This document shows, one piece after another, positions 57,301 through 63,300 of a stretch of DNA of 64,000 nt. Origin of the DNA: an uncultured bacterium. GTDB lineage: Bacteria > Verrucomicrobiota > Kiritimatiellia > RFP12 > CAIWXQ01. Made by a program: the position numbers and the translations under genes. Below the pieces are notes generated by a model. The model was not told the origin of the DNA and did no database searches. It saw only the letters and a program-made list of their open reading frames with translations. The stretch covers positions 23,116 through 87,115 of the forward strand of contig CAIOST010000191.1 in assembly GCA_903861045.1 (NCBI GenBank), read 5' to 3'. Numbering within the stretch: the first letter of the stretch is position 1; every line of letters begins with the position of its first letter.

Positions 57301-60300
57301 GATCCGGCAGCGTCGAGGAGATCGCAAAGATGGCTGAAACATCCACGCCGGGAGCCTCATCCCCATAGTTATTCCCGCCGGTATCCGAGAGTCGCACATA
57401 CGCGAACTGCTGGCCTGCGGTCGAGGGCACCTGGTCAATATCCACCGTCACACAACCATTACTCCCGAGGCCAAAGGTGCCCATGCGGGTCCAGACAATG
57501 CTGTCCGCGCTGATGTCCACTTTGACACCCGCTATAGCCCCCCCCATGAGGATCGCGAGATCGGGACTCCCGTCGCCGTTGCCAACCAGGAAGTTGTCCG
57601 TGAACTTCACCACCAGCGAACCACCTTCGCCGAGGCTAACAAATTGGTTGGTGGCGTCCGCCCAGTACTCGGGCACGCCGATGGCCAGCGCCGGATTGGT
57701 GTGTTTGTTAGTTGGGCCACCTTCGACATAGCTCACCACTTCGTCAGCGAAGGCGCGGTCCCCCAGCACGACGGTCATCAACCCGAAGGTCTTGCGTTGC
57801 ACATCCTCGGGCAGCACGATGCCGCCCTGCGAGCCGAAGCCCAACAAGCCGCCCATGCCATCGGCGATATCCGCCGCCGTCCGATCCACACCCCAGATCG
57901 CCACGTTATCCACGTGGCCGATGAGGCCCCCACCGATGACGGTCTGGCCAGTGCCTTGCGCACAGGCGGATATCACCGTCTGTGCCTGGTAGGCGCAGCC
58001 GTTGATATACAACACCAGCGTGTGCCGGTCCGGATCAAAAACGCCCGCCAGGTACGTCCAGGTATTGGCTGGCAGGGCCGCGGCATTCGTGCCGCCGGCG
58101 AAATAGTGCATCCCTGCCGCTGTCGTAAACTCGACCACCGGTTGATTATTCACCACACGCAGGGCGAAGTTCGTCTGGCCCGTCGTCAGCGTGCGAGCCA
58201 CCACGGTGCCGGTCTCGTTACTGCTGGCCAACTGCACCCAAGCCTCCAGCGTCCATGCCCCGACGTTGAAGCGCTCATCCTGCGGCACGGTGACGACCGT
58301 GCCATCCAGGACCAGAGAGCGCTGCACCAGCGGACTGCGGGCGTCCACCGGACTCGTGATCCGGCGCCCATCCGCCTTGACTACCAACGGATTGACCTCG
58401 TCGCCGTCCCCTACGCCATCATCGTCCGTGTCCATCAACCCGGGATTCGTACCGTACAGGTCCTGCTCCTCACCATTGCTCAGGCGATCCCCATCGGCAT
58501 CCTCGTCATAGTCACTGACCCCATCGCCATCCGTATCCCAGAAGAACGGATCCGTGCCCGCATAGTACTCTTGCAAGTTCGTCAGCCCATCGCCATCGGC
58601 ATCCGTTTGGCCATCCGAAGAACGGTTAGCGTCCAACCCAAAGTACATCTCAAACACATCTGGCATCCCATCGCCATCCGCATCCAGGCGCTGCGGATGC
58701 CCGGCCGGCAGCGACAACATCCAGTTGTAGAAATTCGGCACGTTGGTGGTGGCGCGCGACAAGTCCAACGGGTTGAGCGACACGAAGTCAATCGCGTTGG
58801 TGGTAGGCACCAGCGTGCCGCGGTATGCCGGTTGATCGGTATGGAGGAAATCCTCGACCGCGCCGACCCGGTTGGTGCCCCGCCCATCATCCATCGGCCA
58901 GTAGCCTGCCAACTCACTGCGCAAAACATCCAGCGGACGCATCAGCACCGGCGCATTCGCATCCGTATCCACCGGCAATTGGGCGCTGCCCATTAGCACA
59001 CCGAAGTTGCCACCGACCCGTGCATCTACATAAGGCAGACTGGTCGCTTTGATATTATCGAAGTCGAAGTAGAGCGCCAGCGCGTCCAGACTGGGCCGCT
59101 TGCCCAGTTCCGCCGCCACCTCGGCCGGCGCGCGTACACGACTATAAATCGCCACTTCGTCGATCAGGCCGCTGAAGCCACTGCCCATGGTCAGGCTCCC
59201 GCTGCCTGTCAGCGCCACGGGGGCCCCCGCCCAACCTAAGATCGCTGCCGGATCCGTGCCCCAAGTAATGCGCGGATCGAATACATTCGCGGGCGGGAAG
59301 CTCTCGCGCGCCATGATCCGGCCATTCACGACGACACTAATTTTGTTCCCGTCGAAGCTCACCATCAGATGCGCCCACTCATCCTGCTTCAGTTGCGCCG
59401 CCTGCGCCGTGAGCGTAAAGCTCGCCGGCACGTTGAAAACTTCCACCGTCGGCTCAGCCAGCAGATTAGCCAGCGGATCCGCCAGCAACGGCGGAGCCAC
59501 TTCCTGATACACGGGCGCGTAGAACCCAATGGTCAGCATGGGCTGACCGATGCCTGACAGGCCCAGTTGGTAGGCCGTCAAGTTATCTGAGTCCCGCCGC
59601 ATGATCACGCCGCCACCCGCCGCCGGCTTAACCCAAGCCTGCAACGTCCAGATCGGCAGCGCCACATCGGACGAATCGAACACGAGCAGATCGCCCCCCG
59701 ACGACGACAGACTACCAGCCCGCGCCACATCCGTACCGAAGGTCAAAACCTTGTCGCGCAGAGCCGCGATCTCATCATTGCCGCGCACCGTACGCCAGAT
59801 GCGCACTTCATCCAGATCACCCGCCAGATTCTTGGCCAGAATCAGATCGCCAGACTCCTTGCCGCTAGCCGGTAGCACATTCGCGATGACACGCGCGGCT
59901 TCGTTGGCACCCACAAAGACCGACAGCTTAACCGCGCCGCCCTCCTCGAGGGCTCCGAACCGCCCGGCAATGCTTATCCACGTATTAGTGGCGATCGCTA
60001 GCAGCGACTCCGCCTTATATTCGTTGCCGGCGGCATCTTGGAAGCGCACATACACATGACAATTCGTCGTAACGCCCAGCTCAAACGACACCAGACCGTT
60101 TGGCTCGCAATAGCGCCCGATCACGACCGCATTATTAGTCGGCGCTTGCTGCAAGCGGATCATGGCCTCCAAGGTCCACTGGGACAGGTCAAACCGACTG
60201 CCATTCGGATCCAGGCGACTGATATGGCCAGGTACCGCAATATACCCCGTGCCATCATTATGGATATAGCGCATCACGTACGGCGAACCCGGATCGACCG

Positions 60301-63300
60301 GATCGAAGCCCAGCGCCGTTTCCTGCTTATCCGAAAGCCCATCATCATCCGTGTCCGGATTACCCAAGTCCGTACCGTAGAAATCCTGCTCGTCGCGGTT
60401 GACGATCCCGTCGTTATCCGCGTCCTCCAGCCCGTCCGCCACGCCATCCTCATCACTATCCCCCTCGAGCGGGTTGGTGCCAGCGCGGTACTCGGAGATG
60501 TTCGACAACCCGTCACCGTCCGCATCGCCTTCGCGATCCGCGGCATCAAACGCGTTCAACACCTGCACGGTTGTCGCCGGCGTAGTAGCATTGGTGGAAC
60601 CGCTCGGCACGCCATGCGCGTACTGGTAGGCCAACTCCCAGCCATCCGGCAGACCGTCACCATCCGAATCAACATCAATCGTCAGATTTGCGGCCCGCAG
60701 GATGGCATCCATCTGGCTGCCGCGCAACCCGCTAGTAAACAGCCCGGCCGTGGTCTGGTCCGCCACGCGTGCGCCGTTGCGCAGGGTCGCCGCATTGGCC
60801 CAGCCGTTGCGCCAGTCCTGCGCATACGTGGTCACAAAGTCTTCCACCTCATGCCCGACGACGCCCGAGCCACTGACGCCATTGGTGTTGGCACCATCAT
60901 CAAACCGGTAATAGGCCACCAGTCCGCGCTCGGTCCCACGCAAAGCGACGGTGCGCTTGCTTTCAATCAGGCTCGCCGAGTTATTGGTGCTCCAGACCCG
61001 GACTTCGTCGATCAAGCCGACAAACCCGGCACCCACGCGCTGCTGCACGGCGCCCACCCCGGTCGCCAGCGTCTGCTGCGCCAGCGTGACACGCCCGGCT
61101 TCCGCGCCGTTTACATACAGTCGTAACTGGTGCGTGCCACACTCATACGTTGCCGCCAAATGCGTCCAAGCACTGGTCGAGACGCCCTCGGTCAGTGTGA
61201 GCAGCGGCGCCGACGCATCGCCATAGCCGCAGAACGGCTGGCGGTTGGCCGTCAACCCGAGGTAGTAGTTCATCACATCGGTGGCGACCTGACGGTAGAT
61301 CACGAAGCCGTTGGTGCTCCAGGTGTTGCTTGGCCACACCCAAGCTTCCACCGTCCAGTCCGTCAGGCCAAAGCGCGCCTGATCCGGCAGCTCAAGGTAG
61401 GCCCCCGCACCAGGCAGGCTCAAAGCCCGATAGGTCAGCGGATCCAAACTATTGGCCGGATCCGAACCGTTCTGTACTTCGACGCCATCCGCAATGCCAT
61501 CATCGTCGGTGTCCAAATAACCAGGATCCGTACCGAAGAGCGTCTGCTCATCGCGGTTGCTAAGGCCGTCGTGGTCCTCATCATCGGCCCCGTCTTTGAG
61601 GCCATCGCCATCGCTGTCCGGGTTCCTGGGGTTGGTGCCTGCATAGTACTCGAAGAGGTTGCTCAACCCATCGTTATCCAGGTCGCCATCTGGGCCATCC
61701 TCGCCCGACATGTTGCCTGGATCGAGATGGTACTTAACTTCATACCAGTCCAGCATGCCGTCGCCATCGCTATCCGGCACATACGGCCAGTTGGTGGGCG
61801 TGAGATCGATGAAGCGCACGTGGTTCGTGTCGATCTTCCGGGGGGAGGTGCCGGGTGTCGCACCCGCATAGGCCTCGAAGCTATAGGGCTCTACGCCGAG
61901 TCGATAGGTGAAGTCTTCCAGCAGTTGACCGCCATCATCAGCCGGGAACAGACCGACCAGGGCCACGCGCTGGAAGGTCAACAACGGATCGTAGGTGATC
62001 GGCGGGACATCCACGCGCCCCGTCATATTGGTCGCATCACCGATAAAGATGCCGTACTCCGACTCCGGATCGCGTACCACTGCGCGTTCATCCGCGACCT
62101 CCCGCAACTGGAAGTCGAAGTTGAAGTAGCTGATCAAGCCGCGCTCGGTGCCGGTCAGATTGTGGCTGCCCACCCCGCCGACGACATTGCCACGCTCATC
62201 AAATGTAGCCAACTCCGGCGACGGCAGCCCACGGTTCCAGATCCGGATCTCATCCATGGCACCGCTAAGATCCTCGCCAAAGATGCAGGGGCCGACCATG
62301 GCCCGCACCCATGCGGCGCCGACCCAGCCGACCGGCGGTTGCACCACCAACAGGCGTTCCTGCGTGGCGTCGAGCATGCCGTCGACATACAGGCGACAGC
62401 GCTCATTGTCGCGCACATAGGCCACGTGATGCCACTGGCCGTCGTTCACCGCGATTTCGCCGTGGATGTTATTCACATTGAAGTTGACTTCGATGTGGTC
62501 CAAAACCGGGATCGCATCAGCATTAAAGACCCAGACTTCCCACTCTGCCGCGAAGCGACCGAGCAGCGTGCCGTCGTCCTCAATGGCCAGGTAATAGTTG
62601 AAATCATCATCCGTGCGCTCGCTGATATTGCGCCGCAGGATCAGGCGGCCAGCCGCATCGGTCCGTACCCAGCACTCGAGCGTCCAGTTTTGGCGCAATA
62701 GATCCATCGGATCGCCATTGGACTGGAGCGTGGTCGAGTTCTCCTTGAGATGACCGCCGCCGTTGACCTCGAGGTAGCCTGCCAGCGAAGCCACGTTGCC
62801 GAATAGCAGGTTATGGCTCATGAACTCGCGGATCTGCAGATCCGACTGGGCCACCTTCCAGATCCGGATATCCCGTAGACAACCCGCAAAGCCGGCCGAA
62901 CCCAGCGTCAAGTCCCCGGCCCCCTGCACCGCGACCGCCGTAATCAAGCGACCCGCTACCGGCGTCCCATTAACCAAGAGCGTGGCCAGCCCTTTCACGG
63001 CGTCGAAGCGGCCCACCAAGTGGCTCCACTCGTGGACCGGTAGCGCTGTGCCACCTACCAACCAAATCGTCGTGTTGTTCGTCGCACCATTCTGCGCCAA
63101 ATCGGCGTCAAACCGCAGATAGGGCCGCCCGTTGGTCAACCCGATTTCATAGTTGAGCTTGCCCGTCAGCTCGACCTTGCGGCTGATGATCGGGCAGAGG
63201 CCGGCGGTCGCTGAATTCGTGAACTCAGGCCGGACGGCGGCCTCGATGGTGAAGGTGTCGAGGCTCAGGCGCGCGGTACTCCGACCATTGATCTTATCGG

